Shown here in pieces: positions 29,200 to 42,290 of a stretch of DNA of 64,000 bases. Position numbers and translations under genes: made by a program. Numbering within the stretch: the first letter of the stretch is position 1; each line of letters begins with the position of its first letter. The stretch is from the human T2T-CHM13v2.0 reference genome, Homo sapiens, in assembly GCF_009914755.1 (NCBI RefSeq), contig NC_060931.1. The stretch is one strand, 5' to 3'. Under the pieces are notes generated by a model that had not been told where the DNA came from, searched no databases, and saw only the letters and a program-made list of their open reading frames with translations.

Positions 29200-29595
29200 G
29201 ACACGGCTTGGTTGTAGCTGGGGGCTCTGGGCTCAGAGGAGGTGCTCCATGGGCTGAGACCCAGATCTCTGAGTAGGGGTCCTGTCCTGCTGGTGTCCTC
29301 AGGGGTGCCATGAGGGTGATGTCGGAACAACAGAACTCAACTGTCGGCAGGGAGAAAGAGCATGGTGCAGTGTTCCTGACAGGGAGAGGAAACCAACAGG
29401 AAGTAGACAGGCAAGACGATGACTTTCTTCCTCCTCCAGTCCCCCAATCTGTCTCTAGTGACCCTTGTTGGTAGAGCCTGACAAGAAATCAATTGGCAAA
29501 GAGAAAATGTGGTTTCCAGAATTTCAGCTCCAGCACAAAGTAGGGACGTGTACAAGGGTGCTTCAAAGCAGGAAGAAAACACTTTAATTACTGGC
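29200..29595 (-). mobile_element. LTR33-like ERVL LTR
   Basis: CTAGTGACCCTTGTTGGTAGAGCCTGAC...TGGCAAAGAGAAAATGTGGTTT...CTCCAGCAC. Confidence 0.6.
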
Positions 29596-29604
29596 TATGA
29601 TTAA

Positions 29605-30530
29605 CCTATGGTGAGCTTCCCAGATCCCCATACAACCCACCCTTTCAAAACAAGGCACTCTGTCTGTGAGATGCCTGGGCTGTTGCCTGGTGTCTTAGTC
29701 CATTTTCACGCTGCTGATAAAGACATGCCCTCAACTGGGCAATTTACAAAAGAAAGAGGTTTAATTGGACTTACAGTTCCATGTGGCTGGGGGAGCCTCA
29801 CAATCCTGGCAGAAGGCAAGTCCCATCTTACATGGATGGCAACAGGCAAAGAGAGAATGAGGAAGATGCAAAAGTGGAAATCCCTGATGAAACCATCAGA
29901 ACTTTAAAAACCTAAGTTTTTAAATTAAATAATAGCATTTTTTATTTTTTACTTTTTAAAATTAAAAAAGAAACTTTTATTTTAGGTACAGGGGTCCATG
30001 TGCAGGTTTGTTATATAGGTGAACTCTTGTCATGGGGGTTAGTTGTACAGATTATTTGAGACTTATTCACTACCACGAGAACAGTATGGGGGAAACCGCC
30101 CCATGACTCTACTGTTTCCCACAAGGTCCATCCCACAACTCGTGGGGACCTGGGAGTAAAATTATGGGAGTGCAATTCAAGATGAGATTTGGGTGGGGAC
30201 ACAGAGCCAACTCATATCACCTGGTGACCTTTCACAGCCAACTCTTCCCCAGGAGTTGCCCTTGGACAGAGAAGGTTAACCACTGGCTGGAGGTAACCCA
30301 AACCCAATGACTGGTGACATGAAGGAACAAAGGCCTGACCCCATTCTTGTCTCCATTTAGGAAAGCTCTGGAGGCTCACTCCAGCTCCAGTCATCCCCTT
30401 GGGATCAGCTGAGGACTCTGCAACAGCTACAATTAAGTTCTGCTCTGTCCTGCTTCCTGCACAGGTGTTCCTGTGAGCACTTCCCAACCAACTTCCTGCA
30501 CACACCCCCATCTCCAAGATACTGGCAATT
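29605..30530 (+). mobile_element. LTR16-like ERVL LTR, split by THE1
   Basis: GAGTTGCCCTTGG...CAATGACTGG...CTCCAGCTCCAG...GGGATCAGCTGAGG...ACTTCCTGCAC. Confidence 0.6.
29691..30219 (-). mobile_element. THE1(B-like) solo LTR with a ~155-bp foreign insert at ~29901-30056
   Basis: TGTCTTAGTCCATTTTCACGCTGCTGATAAAGAC...CATATCA; perfect TSD CCTGG (29686-29690, 30220-30224). Confidence 0.9.
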
Positions 30531-30599
30531 CCCACAACAATCCATAGACAGAGTTTGTCCGTGCGGCCAAATATACGGGTGGCTTACGTCAGTGGCTCT

Positions 30600-30790
30600 T
30601 TTACCTTCAACAGGTGGCTTCTAAGATCGCCAAAGAAAGGAAAGAGTGGAGAAGGCAGTCCTCCTTCTTCATCATGTTGGTCACAAAACTAAATACATGT
30701 TTCTGCTCACATTTCATTGCCTATAATGGGACCCATATTACAATGCACAGTTCCTGGCTGGGCAGCTGCTGGCTAGAGCACTGCGGTGCT
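30600..30790 (-). mobile_element. Old MLT1 fragment
   Basis: TGGCTTCTAAGATCGCC...TTTCTGCTCACATTTCATTG. Confidence 0.4.
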
Positions 30791-30829
30791 ACCACACAAA
30801 TTGCCATTCCTGCCACGTTGCAGTGTAGG

Positions 30830-32420
30830 TAAGTTGTTGTTTTTAAATCTGCCACTTTTATCTAGTAAACTTGCTAAACTCTGTTGTTATAAGCTCTAGA
30901 AGTTTGTTGATTCTCTTTGCTACATTATAGGAGCATTTTGGATTCTTTTAATACTTACTAGTAGGTCCTCCAAGAAAATTATAATGGAAGTGTTATTGGC
31001 AGGGATCTTTCTCTAATCATTGGCCAACTTCCACCATTAATCATGATGTCTGGGGAGAGTTAATTAATTAAGTAAACCTTTATTGAACTATAAACCTAAA
31101 TACAAAAAAGACAACAATTTATAAGTGTATAATTCGGTGAATTTTCACAAAGTGAACACACCCACTTAAGCAGCATCCAGTTTGAAAAAAAAATTATGCA
31201 TGTAAATAATTTTATATTGATCTCTTAGAAGCTAACTTGCTAACTTTTTGATTATCTATAAAGTTTGTCTGTAGATTCTTTGTGGTTTTAAAAAAAGACA
31301 ATTACAGTTATGTCAGTTTTATTCCTTTTCAAATCTTATCATTTTTTATTACCATTAACTATTTTCTGGTCTTATCTCACTATCTAGAAACTTCTTTTAA
31401 TATTTAATAGAAAAAGTACTAGAAATACTTTTTCTTTTTTGGTCAGGAACATGGCAAGATCTTTCCACTAACATTTCATCATTAATTATGATTTCTGATG
31501 TGACGTTTTGGTAGATGTTGCTCTCTTTGATTTCCCTTATGAGAAGACTTTTTGAAATCATGAATGGATGCTAAATATTTTACCTTCTTGGCAGTGTTAG
31601 AATAATCCATCATGACCAAAAAGGATTTTTCCCCAAAATTAATATAATTTATTTCCTTTAATGTATTAATTGGACTTAAATTTATTAATTGAAATTAAAG
31701 CAAAAAACTATATGGTTTTTATATGTAATACATCACTGGATTTTATTTTGCAAAAAAAAATGAAGCATTTGTCATTTAAGATTATGAAAAAGAAAAAGAT
31801 CGGCCTCATTTTTTCTTTTCATATTGCCTTTATTTGGCTGTGATTCCAGAGTTTCAGTGGTCTCATAGAATGGGGTAGAAATACTTTTTCTGTTCTCTTG
31901 TAGAGTACTAACAGGGTCAGGAAGATACATTTCTTAAAAGTTAGAGGAAGGTACTGATAAAAACACATATGACTTTTTAGGGGAACATAGTTACCCATTG
32001 ATTCCATTTCCCTGGTAGCTATTGTATTATTCAGGCTTTCCAATTTTCCTCCTTCTGTTTGCATTGGTAAGTTATGTTTTCGAGGAAATTTTCCACATTA
32101 AAATTTCAAACTATTAGCTAACATTGTTGAGAGTATTCTTTTAATATCTTTAAAATCTCTGAGGAATCACTCATTGACCCTTATTCATTCCTAATGTTAT
32201 TTTTCATGTGCCTACCCCTCCTCACCATTGTCTTCCTCCTTCCTTCTGTCTCACCAGATTTCCATGTTTTATTCGTGTTTTAATAGAAATAACTTTTGGC
32301 TTTGTTGATATTTTTATTGTATCCTTTATTTCTATTTATTTTTTACTTTTTCTTATCTATATTCTATTATTCTACTTTAAAAATATTTAAGTTTTTAAAT
32401 TTACTAACAGCACTTTATTT
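30830..32420 (-). mobile_element. Ancient L1M fragments
   Basis: T-rich antisense L1 (CTTGCTAAACTC, TTTGTCTGTAGATTCTTT, AATCATGAATGGATG, GGTAAGTTATGTTTT). Confidence 0.7.
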
Positions 32421-32439
32421 GTGTTTAAGTTTAAAAAAT

Positions 32440-32590
32440 TTTTCAAAAACTGTTATTTTAGGTTCAGGGGTACATGTACAGCCTTATACAGGTAAACTCA
32501 TGTCATGGAGGTTTCTTGTACAGATTATTTTGTCACCCAGGTGCTTAGCTTAGTACCCATTATTTGTTTTTTTCTGACCCTCTTCCACCT
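32440..32590 (-). mobile_element. Short old-L1PA 3' terminal fragment
   Basis: TTATTTTAGGTTCAGGGGTACATG...TACAGATTATTTTGTCACCCAGG. Confidence 0.85.
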
Positions 32591-32902
32591 AGCAATCCAC
32601 CAAAACACTTACTTCAAAAACCAGCAATTTATTTAGCTCTGATCTGATAGGGTGGCAATTTGGGGGCTGAGCTCAGCTGAGCAGCTCTCCTGGTCTCAGC
32701 CAGGCTTCCTCATGTGTCTGTGGTCAGCTCCGTTCTGCCGGGAGGTTGTTGTTCCAGGAACTTGGAAGGAAGTAGAAATATGCAAAGTTCCTGAGGACTT
32801 GGCTAGGTAGGCATTGTCACACCATCCTCTCTTCTGTCCCCCTCAGAGTTAAACTTGTTGCTTCAGGATATTTGAACAAGGGTAGAAGGAGGTAAAAAGC
32901 AA
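32585..32902. repeat. Local duplication: direct copy of 35807-36057 plus inverted copy of 35697-35760
   Basis: By-eye alignment; the inverted part matches at 57 of 64 positions without gaps. Confidence 0.92.
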
Positions 32903-32934
32903 GACTCCATCTCGAATAAAATAAAAATAAAATA

Positions 32935-34530
32935 GAAATTATATAAAGAATAAATTTAAAATTGCCAAAATTCTACCACAAAAAAGAAACTCTTGTTAGC
33001 ATTTTGGTCAGCATCCTCCCAGATATCCCTCTAGGCCTAAGTGCCTTTGTTAACATCTATGTAAAGGTATAAGTGAGAGGTCACTGGGAAAAATAGAACA
33101 TCCCATTGGCTTACATGAAATGCAATAAAGGTCAAAAATTCACTGAGTCTTTACAAATGGTCATTTCAAAACTCAGGCTGGAATTTTGTGTAGTTAAGGG
33201 GAGAGGGGACACATTAGTGCAACACCAATGGGCTACTTGCTTATTCCTTCTAGATCTTAGGTCACAACCTGTAAAAAGGGGATGAAGGAAAAAAGCCAAC
33301 TCTTTTTGCAAGATGTGAAATAGCCACATGGCTTTGAGCGATGGGCTCTAGGCAAATTGCGAGGCACTTAGATATTTCTTTTTCCTCTTTATGGATCTCT
33401 GATAATTAATGCTTGCCTTTGAGAGGTTTGAAATATGTATGCAGGTGTGTGTGTGCGGGAGGTGGGTGGTATATGTGTTTGTATGAACCACTGTATGGCT
33501 ATAAAATGTTCTTAGCCATTGAATAACTTAGAAAGATTATTTGTAATGTCCCCCAAACCGGTGTAGGTGTGTGTTCATCCCTACATCTTCGCCAGTTCTA
33601 AATTTTGTTAGTTCTTAAAATGTTTGCCAACCTGATAGACAGAGTTTTGTAACTGTAATTTTCAGCCTTGACAATACTAAATGAAATGTGTCTATTAATC
33701 ATTGGTAATTCTATGATAAATTGGCCCTTTACCCACTTTGCGCTTTGCAACTTCATCTTCTATTTATTTAGACAGGGTCTCACTCTGTCACCCTGGCTGG
33801 AGGGCAGTGGTATGATCGTGGCTCACTGCAACTTCGAACTCCTGGACTCAATTGATCTTCCTGCCTCAGCCTCCTGCATAGCTGGGACTCCAAGTGCACG
33901 CCACCATGCCCAGCTAATTTATTTTTTATTTTTTATTTTTGTAGAGACAGGGTCTAGCTATGTTGCCCAGGGTGGTCTGGAACTCTTGGCTTCAGCTGAT
34001 CCTCCTGCCTTGACCTTCCAAAGTGCTGGGATCACAGACATGAGCCACTGCACCTGGCCTCGTCTTTTATTTTGTAATTGATATATAAAAACATATTACA
34101 ATAGACAATATGTTAGAAAATGTAAAATATAAATTTTCTCACAGATTGGTTTTTGCATTTGAATTTTATTTGTTGTAGTTTTCTGTGAAGACATTTACAG
34201 TTTTTTCATGTTAAAATTTATAATTCTTCTTGAAAATGTTTTCTGACTTTTTGTTATGAGAAAAAAACTGGATCACATAGTTCAGATTTAATTAAATAAC
34301 CAAGTTTATAAATAAATCATCGATTTTTGTATTCTGCACTTATTTTACATTTTGATATTTGATCTTTTAATACTTTATTTTTATGTAAGAAATGCGGTAG
34401 AGGTAGAGTTCTGTTTTTCTTTGACAATGCCAGCTAGTTTATAAGAGTATTTATTAATAACCCATCTTTTTTTAACCCATTCCTTAAAAAACTAACTTTT
34501 CCATACACTAAATACCCTTACATACTAGGG
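32935..34530 (-). mobile_element. Ancient L1ME fragments (patchy), host of AluJ
   Basis: TTAGCATTTTGGTCAGCATCCTCCCAGA, TTTGCCAACCTGATAG, TGCCAGCTAGTTT. Confidence 0.5.
33757..34059 (-). mobile_element. AluJ
   Basis: AGACAGGGTCTCACTCTG, GTAGAGACAGGGTCT..CTATGTTGCCCAGG. Confidence 0.92.
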
Positions 34531-34714
34531 CCAAACAGAAATATGTGTCAGGAGATTTTTATAGGTGAATTTTGATGGAAACAATTGTTAAAATAATGTA
34601 TCATCTAGTTAGGCATTTGGGATTCCACTTCTGAATATTCTGGACTCCTACCAGCTCACAGGGAGAAATAAGTAGCCACCCAGTGGCTGCAGAGAGTGTG
34701 GTGGCCTTCCTGGT

Positions 34715-34835
34715 GCTCAGTTATTGAACACTTGTTCACTGGGTGCCCAGTATGTGCCTGGTACTGTTTCAGGAACTATGGACGCATCGGTGTCTCAGAC
34801 AAGCTCCCTGGCCTTCTCTGTAAGTTTACTCTAGA
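34715..34835 (-). mobile_element. L2 3' fragment
   Basis: CTGGGTGCCCAGTATGTGCCTGGTACTGTT. Confidence 0.55.
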
Positions 34836-35789
34836 ACAAAACCGCCACAGGTCTGCCGGGGCCCATAGATGATAAATGCATTCTGAGTTAATGGTTCCTA
34901 GCTTGTTGTCTTATATTACATTCCTAGTTGTGTGCTCCTGGAATGTTCTATCAGTTTGGGGGTATGGGTGGGGGCAGCAACACACCTTTACCACAACTCT
35001 GCTTTCGGGCAGTAAGAAAGAAGGGACACCTCACAGAAGATGGCATGCTCATGTCTCAGGATTTCCACATTATGGAAGTGGATGGATTTCTGAGACTCAG
35101 ATGCCTAAGTCACACCTCATGAAACATTTTTTGAAGTTTTTCTTAAAAAAAAAAATCAGTGTTTCTCCTCCAGTCAGACTCCATCCTGTTTTCACTGCAT
35201 TTCTGTTTGGAGATGTTGCTGAATTTCAAATCTCATAAAGCTTTTATTAGCATTTCCTGAGAGGATATTATGCAGATGATGAGAAATAAATAATGGATTA
35301 AAATTTCTCCATATTAATATTTATTAACCTAGGTAATTTGAGTATATCTATTTTTGCCAGACCTAAGCAAATGAAACCGAACAGCTATCACAGGGCATTG
35401 GATATCACTCACTGGATATCACTGAGTTGGTCATGACAAGTAATGTAATTTATTGGCCAAGTTTTCCCCAAAGGGAAAGTTAGCAGCTGGGATGGTCCAA
35501 GTTGGCAGAAATGGAATAACTTGTAGGTAAGAAAGGCAGCTGACTCATCCTGTCTACTTATCTCTGCCTTCTCTGGGCTTGTCAGGACACACAGTTTATC
35601 TCATAATTATCTACTGTCTTGCTTAATTCATTATTTATTGGGAGTGTAAATTGTTATTTTTAACTAGATGTTATCTACTTCAGGAAAGGCTCAGTTTTGC
35701 TTTTTACCTCCTTCTATCCTTATTCAAATATCCCTAAGCAACAAGTTTAACTGTGAAGAGCACAAAAGATGATAATTAGTTTGATGTAC

Positions 35790-36210
35790 GTATTGGTCAG
35801 CTTTTGCCACCTAGAAACCCACCCAAACACCTACTTCAAAAACCAGCAATTTATTTAGCTCCCAATCCAATGGGCTGGCAATCTGGGGGCTGAGCTCAGC
35901 TGAGCAGCTCTCCTGGTCTCAACTGGGCTTCCTCATGTGTCTGTGATCAGCTCCGTTCTGCCAGGAGGTTGTCTCTCCAGGGACTGGGAAGAAAGTGGAA
36001 ATATGCAAGGTTCCTGAGGCCTTGGCTAGGCACTGTCACACCGTCCTCTCTTCTGTCACATTCTAATTGGCAAAATAAGTCACAAGGGCATCTCAGACTC
36101 AGTGGATTGGAAAATCAATGCCACCTTCTGATGAAATCCTTAGAAAGTCACACTGCACAGGGCGTGGGTACAGAAAGAGGAATAATTGCTGCCACTTTTC
36201 AATCTACCAC
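35790..36210 (-). mobile_element. MLT1G/H-type MaLR LTR (donor of the 32585 copy)
   Basis: GTATTGGTCAGC...ATTTATTTAGCTC...GGCTGAGCTCAGCTG...AATCTACCACA. Confidence 0.75.
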
Positions 36211-36639
36211 ATGTTGCAAATATATTTTTTTCCATGAATTATGACACACACACATTATACATAACTGAAATAATCTAAGCAAAGCCATTCTAGTGACTAC
36301 TTTGTGTCAGAAGTGTGGATATGAAACGTGAAAACAATATAGGTGCTCTAGGGTTGCATGTGATGATAGCCTGACTTTTCCCTGCTCCTTCTGCATTTTC
36401 AAGCAAAGAAGTCATAAGAATGACTCCATCTTACTTTCAGAAGGATTATTTTTCCAGTACTAGGAAGGCTGGGATTTGGACAGTTCTACATCAGCCCTAA
36501 ATACTGACCTTATAAGCCTGGCACAGCCAGGAATCTATGAAACAAAGGACCAATGACTTCCTCTATGCAGGTAGAAACTTGCCCAAACCAATTCCAAGCC
36601 TGCAAGCTTTGCTTACTGTATTTATTCTTAAAGACCTGT

Positions 36640-36850
36640 GATACTGTGGGGGAAAATTAAAGACTGTAGAGAGACAAAATGAGATTTGAATCCTTGAATA
36701 GTTAATTGTATGATGCATGGATAACTAATTTATTTCTCTGAGACTTCGTTTTCCTATAAGTAAAATGTGGGAATAACACCAGGCTTATTTGGAAGATGAA
36801 ATCTACACCATGAACACAGCCACTGGCACATATTAGGCGTCTGATAAATT
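36640..36850 (+). mobile_element. MIR
   Basis: TTTGAATCCT...TCTCTGAGACTTCGTTTTCCTATAAGTAAAATG. Confidence 0.6.
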
Positions 36851-37712
36851 TTCATTCCCATTCTTTGTCTACTTACATTGTCTCCTTTTGTTGCTATTGT
36901 TAAGGTTGAACATTTTATTTTCTTTAGAGATAGGTGGCAAGTCTATTGTCCCTTCATTTATCATTTGAGGGAAGAGAGAGGTCAAGGATCTTCTGTAGCT
37001 CAGCGCTAGTTTACGTTGTGTGCTCAGGTCATTGTGATCATCCAGGCAAGTCTACAGGCTGTCCTGAGCCAGCGTCTTCCCAGCACTGATAGCTATAATG
37101 TGACAGTGTCTAAATGTCCATTGCTGGAACCATTAGTTATTTGCTAAGAACGTTCTATAGAATCAGACATGATCCCACCTTTTTGGTAGAAAAGAGGGAG
37201 ACCCTGCTAGCTTCTGGGTTATTTGGGGCCTTGATCAGCTGACACTGGCAGGGCAGGCAGTTATGTGGGCTTGCTTTAGGGCCAGGTGTAAGGACAGGCA
37301 GAGTGAAAGCTGCCTTCGTAGTATGATGTAAACAGTTCCCAGAAACCCACCTTGTCCCACTTCTCCTACCACCAGTTACATGGAATAGAGACACAGAAAG
37401 ACAACTTCCTTTTAGTGTAAAATAGCACCAACCACCCAGCTCCCCAATGCAAACAATGTTTCTGTGTCTCCTTTTCTCATTTCCCAAATCCAGTAGTTAA
37501 CCCCCAGGTCTTATCATTCCTATCCCTCAGCCATCATCTCCAGGGATCAGCTTGTGCTTATCTTCTTGTAGCACCTGCCGCACTGTTGAATAAATAAGCG
37601 CTTTATTAGCCAATCTCCCCAATTGTGTGGTTAAGTCTGTTGCGGGCAGGCTTTGAGTTTTATTCATAGCTGTGTCTTTAGTACTTGGCTCATGGGTAGG
37701 TCAGTACTTAGG

Positions 37713-38111
37713 CGTATTAATCCACTCTTGTATTGCTATAAGAAAAACCTGAAACTGGGTAATTTATAAAGAAAATAGGTTTAATTAGCTCATGGCTATG
37801 CAGGCTGTACAGGAAGCGTAGTGACACCTGCTTCTGCGGAGACCTCAGGAAGATTCCAATCATGGCAGAAGGCACAGGGGGAGCAGGCACGTCACATGGC
37901 AGGAGCGGGAGCAAGAGAGAGAAGTGGTGGGGAGGTGCCACACACTTTTAAATGACCAGACCTTGCCAGAAGTCACTTACTGTGGTAAGGACAGCACCAC
38001 ATGGCAAATTCCCTGCCATGATTCAATCACCTCCTACCAGGCTTCACCTCCAACATTGGGGATCATATGTTGATGTGAGATTTGGGCAGGAACAGCATCC
38101 AAACTATATCA
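37713..38111 (-). mobile_element. MSTB-type solo LTR
   Basis: GTATTAATCCACTCTTGTATTGCTATAAG...CCAAACTATATCA. Confidence 0.88.
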
Positions 38112-38779
38112 CCAGCTCATAGCAGCTGCTTCAGTTATGTCCATAGAGTAAACCAATTACTCATAGCTTTTGGCTAAGTCATTATTTCATTAAAATACTA
38201 GTGTGTTAATTGATTGGGTAGGGAATGCTTTAAATCCTGATACAAACAAATCACTTCCACTCTACCATCTTTAAGATAGTTCTTATGTATATAGAGGACA
38301 CAGTATAACGAATTGAGGTAGTAGGCTGAGCGTTTTCTCCAATACACAAATAGTAATCGTGTTCGCAAATTATCTTCACATGGTACTTACATCTTAGGAG
38401 ACGTTTACAATATTTGCACACATTGCTTTTTAAGTCTTTTGTGCATTAGAGAAGCTTACCAATTAGCATCTAATATTTTCCTGGGCAAGACCAGTTTGCG
38501 TGTGGGGCCAAAATTGGTTTTGTAAGTGGCCTCTGTCCAAATCTGTGAGCAGAGAAAGGAAGTGGAGAAAGGTCAGATATAATTCCATTGTGAAGACTAA
38601 GCCATTTGAATTATAACTTGTGTTTTCTCAGTTGTTTTCATATCAGTAATTGCTGAGAAACACATTGAGCTTTAAAAGAGTTAAATACCACACCGCCCTA
38701 CCTCCACACACACACAAAAACCAGCTGTCCGATCCGTTTGCGTGACAGTTGTTTACACACACCCACAGGGGCACTGGAG

Positions 38780-38900
38780 ATGTGTAGTGTTAAGGAGATG
38801 GCTCTAAGTGTAAAGTCAGCAGGTTTGGAGTCTGGTCCCAGCTCTGTCATTCTTTAGCTGTGCCATTTCGGGAGAGTCACAGGCTCTTGGTCTCTTCCTC
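38780..38900 (+). mobile_element. MIR
   Basis: GTGTAGTGTTAAG...CCCAGCTCTGTCATT...AGCTGTG. Confidence 0.5.
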
Positions 38901-39626
38901 TCTGATCTTTTGGAGCTGGACTGTGATGACTAAGAGTGTATTTCACACTTCTGGGTTCCTATTAGGGAACCCAGGGAATATTCTTCAGAGGAGGCAACAC
39001 CAGTGCTGGGGCAAAGTAAGACCTTCCTGACAGAGATGCTAGGAATAGCGAAATCATTTATACACAGGTGGGCAAACAAAACTTCCATACGTTTCTCCCT
39101 GGCCTCTGGACATTTTTGAGAGTCTCTGCACAAGAAAAATTCCCCTAGTTCCCATGTGAATGAGGGCTGTAGCCATTTCATTCCTCTGCTTTTGTTTTGT
39201 TTTGTTTTTATGGCCCAGGAGAACCAAATGGTTAAAGCCTTAACTCAGTCCCCAAGTTAACCTCCCAGGTGCCAGGACACTGAGCTATCTCACTAGGTAT
39301 TCACATTTCAGAAGGTAAGAAGCACAGCACCCCGGGGATCCTCAGGCCTTGGAAAGGTGTCTTTACATACCAAAGGGTTGGAATAAGGACTACATTTTCA
39401 AGGAGACCATTCCAGGAAGGGAGAGGAATTGCGGCCTTCTTTCCCCATGTGAGCAGAGAAAAATAATGATTCTTGATCACTCACCTCTGGGGTGTCTGAT
39501 TACTCAGGTAGTCAAAATTCTCATGGGCTCTTATCACAGGAAGGCTAACATACTTGCTATTTACTATTTCTTTAAGAAGAAATCAGGATTAAATGAGTAA
39601 AGATGAATATTAAAAACCCAACCAGA

Positions 39627-39956
<330 letters not shown>

Positions 39957-40776
39957 TAAACACCCAACCAGAAGATCTCCAGTGCAGTGCCTGCCACTTA
40001 GGAGCACTGGTTATTGTCACTTTTCTCCCCATGCCTCTACATTTTGGCCAGTGCAGGGTTGGCACACAGTAGGTGCTCCAGTTGTTAAGCGAGTTAGACT
40101 GGCCTTGTCCTTCAGGCCAAGGATACTGAAAGCAAATGACCGAGTGACAGAGGGGTCATGGGCAGAGTCATAACTTTCTCTTTCTCATAATTTCTCTCCA
40201 AACACACTGCTTGGAGCTTGTCGCAATGGAGTGCATGGTTTTGATTAACATAACTGCACTCAGTCTATGTAGATATATAATTTTTAGGACAAGTAAGTTG
40301 CATGGTCTTGTTTTGCTGTTTTCCTCTATGGTTCCTGGGAATTCTGACCAGCAAAGTGTTATTCAGGTAGCACAAGTTCATCACCTCCTAGGTCATGGTC
40401 ATATCCAGATGACTTCCCTGAGTGTACCCTCCAAACACAGGCTTAGTGGCAAGCGTTGCAGTACCACCACCAATGCATGGGATAGCAAGCCCTCCTGGAA
40501 TGATTGGCACTCATTCTCTTCCAAGCAGGGGGTCTGAGTGGACCTGTTAGGGCTGACGTCCACAAAAAAGCAGAGAAGCATCTGCCAGCTCCAGTGAGGA
40601 CACTCCCAGGGAAGGATGGAGGTGGCTTACTGCAGTTTAAACTATGAGAACTCACTCTAAAAACAGATGTAAACAGGGCTAATATTCTGCTTCCTGTGTT
40701 GTGACCTCTGCTTCCACATTTAGGTTTCTTTTGGCACCACTTTCCTTAGGTAATTTCTCTCCATAAAGTCCTGTAG

Positions 40777-41180
<404 letters not shown>

Positions 41181-42154
41181 TCTCCAACTTTATTTCTAGT
41201 TTATCAATATGCCGATTTTTAAATTCATCAATATGCCCATCATGATTCTTTCTGAGAAACATTGAACATGGATTCTTCTTCTTAACTCTCTCAAGTTCCT
41301 CCTCCCTGTGGCCCAGCACTCTGGCCAGCATCCTCCCCCACCCCGCACTGTCTTCCCCTCCCCTACCTTGCCCTCACTGGCCCAGGGTGCTTGTTCATCT
41401 CCCCTTCTTCCTCTTCAAACCCGACTCCTTCTTCAAGACTCAGCTCTAGCTCTATGTAGAAGATGAAGCCCCTCCTTGACCCTTCCTCCCTTCAAATTCT
41501 CTACATCTCTTTAATCTATGTTGTAGAATTTAGCACCTAATTATATTCTGACTTCAATTATTTATAGTTGTTACATGCAAATAGTGGTAAACGATGCCTC
41601 ATACCACAGTGACCTACTTGTGCCCGCCACCTGATGCTTTATCCACATTAGGCACTTAATTAATGTGGACTGAGTGACTGGCCCATTGATTGATAGCAAG
41701 CACTTAGCAAAACCTTGACCTGATGTTTTACAAGACTCTTTATTGTGCATTTTATTCAGACCACTGAAAATGCAGCGAAAGGGGCACTTATGCCTGCCTT
41801 CAAAAAGATTGGTAGAAATGATGCTTTTCCCAAGAGCATTACTCCCCCTTACAGCATATCTGTTTCAGTATCTGTTTTGGGAATTTCAAAGTGATTTGTT
41901 ATCTGTTTGTGAGATTTCTATCCATCCAGGGCTTGGCACCTAAAATGGGCACATCCATGAAATATCAAAGGAAGAATAATTTCAAACCACATGAGATATT
42001 CTCACAAGTTGGGTAAATTGCACATCCTTAGGGCACTTGGTCCCTTAGATCGGTTATTTATGTTTTACATAATTTATTTCAAGTACAGGTTTTTAGCATA
42101 TACTTTCAAGCATTTTGGAAATATTCTTTAACAGTCACTATTCTAGTCAATTGA

Positions 42155-42290
42155 TTTTAAGTCAGAAAATATGTCCTTGGTCCCCACGATGCTCCAGCTG
42201 CTGTGCTGGGAGTTAGGAACAGAGACTTCAGCAGACGCATGGCTCCTGCTCTCAGGAAATTCACACGACGTTGGAGAGTCAGAAGGGTCT
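42155..42290 (-). mobile_element. L2 fragment
   Basis: CTGTGCTGGGAGTTAGG...TGGCTCCTGCTCTCAGGAAATTCACA. Confidence 0.5.
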
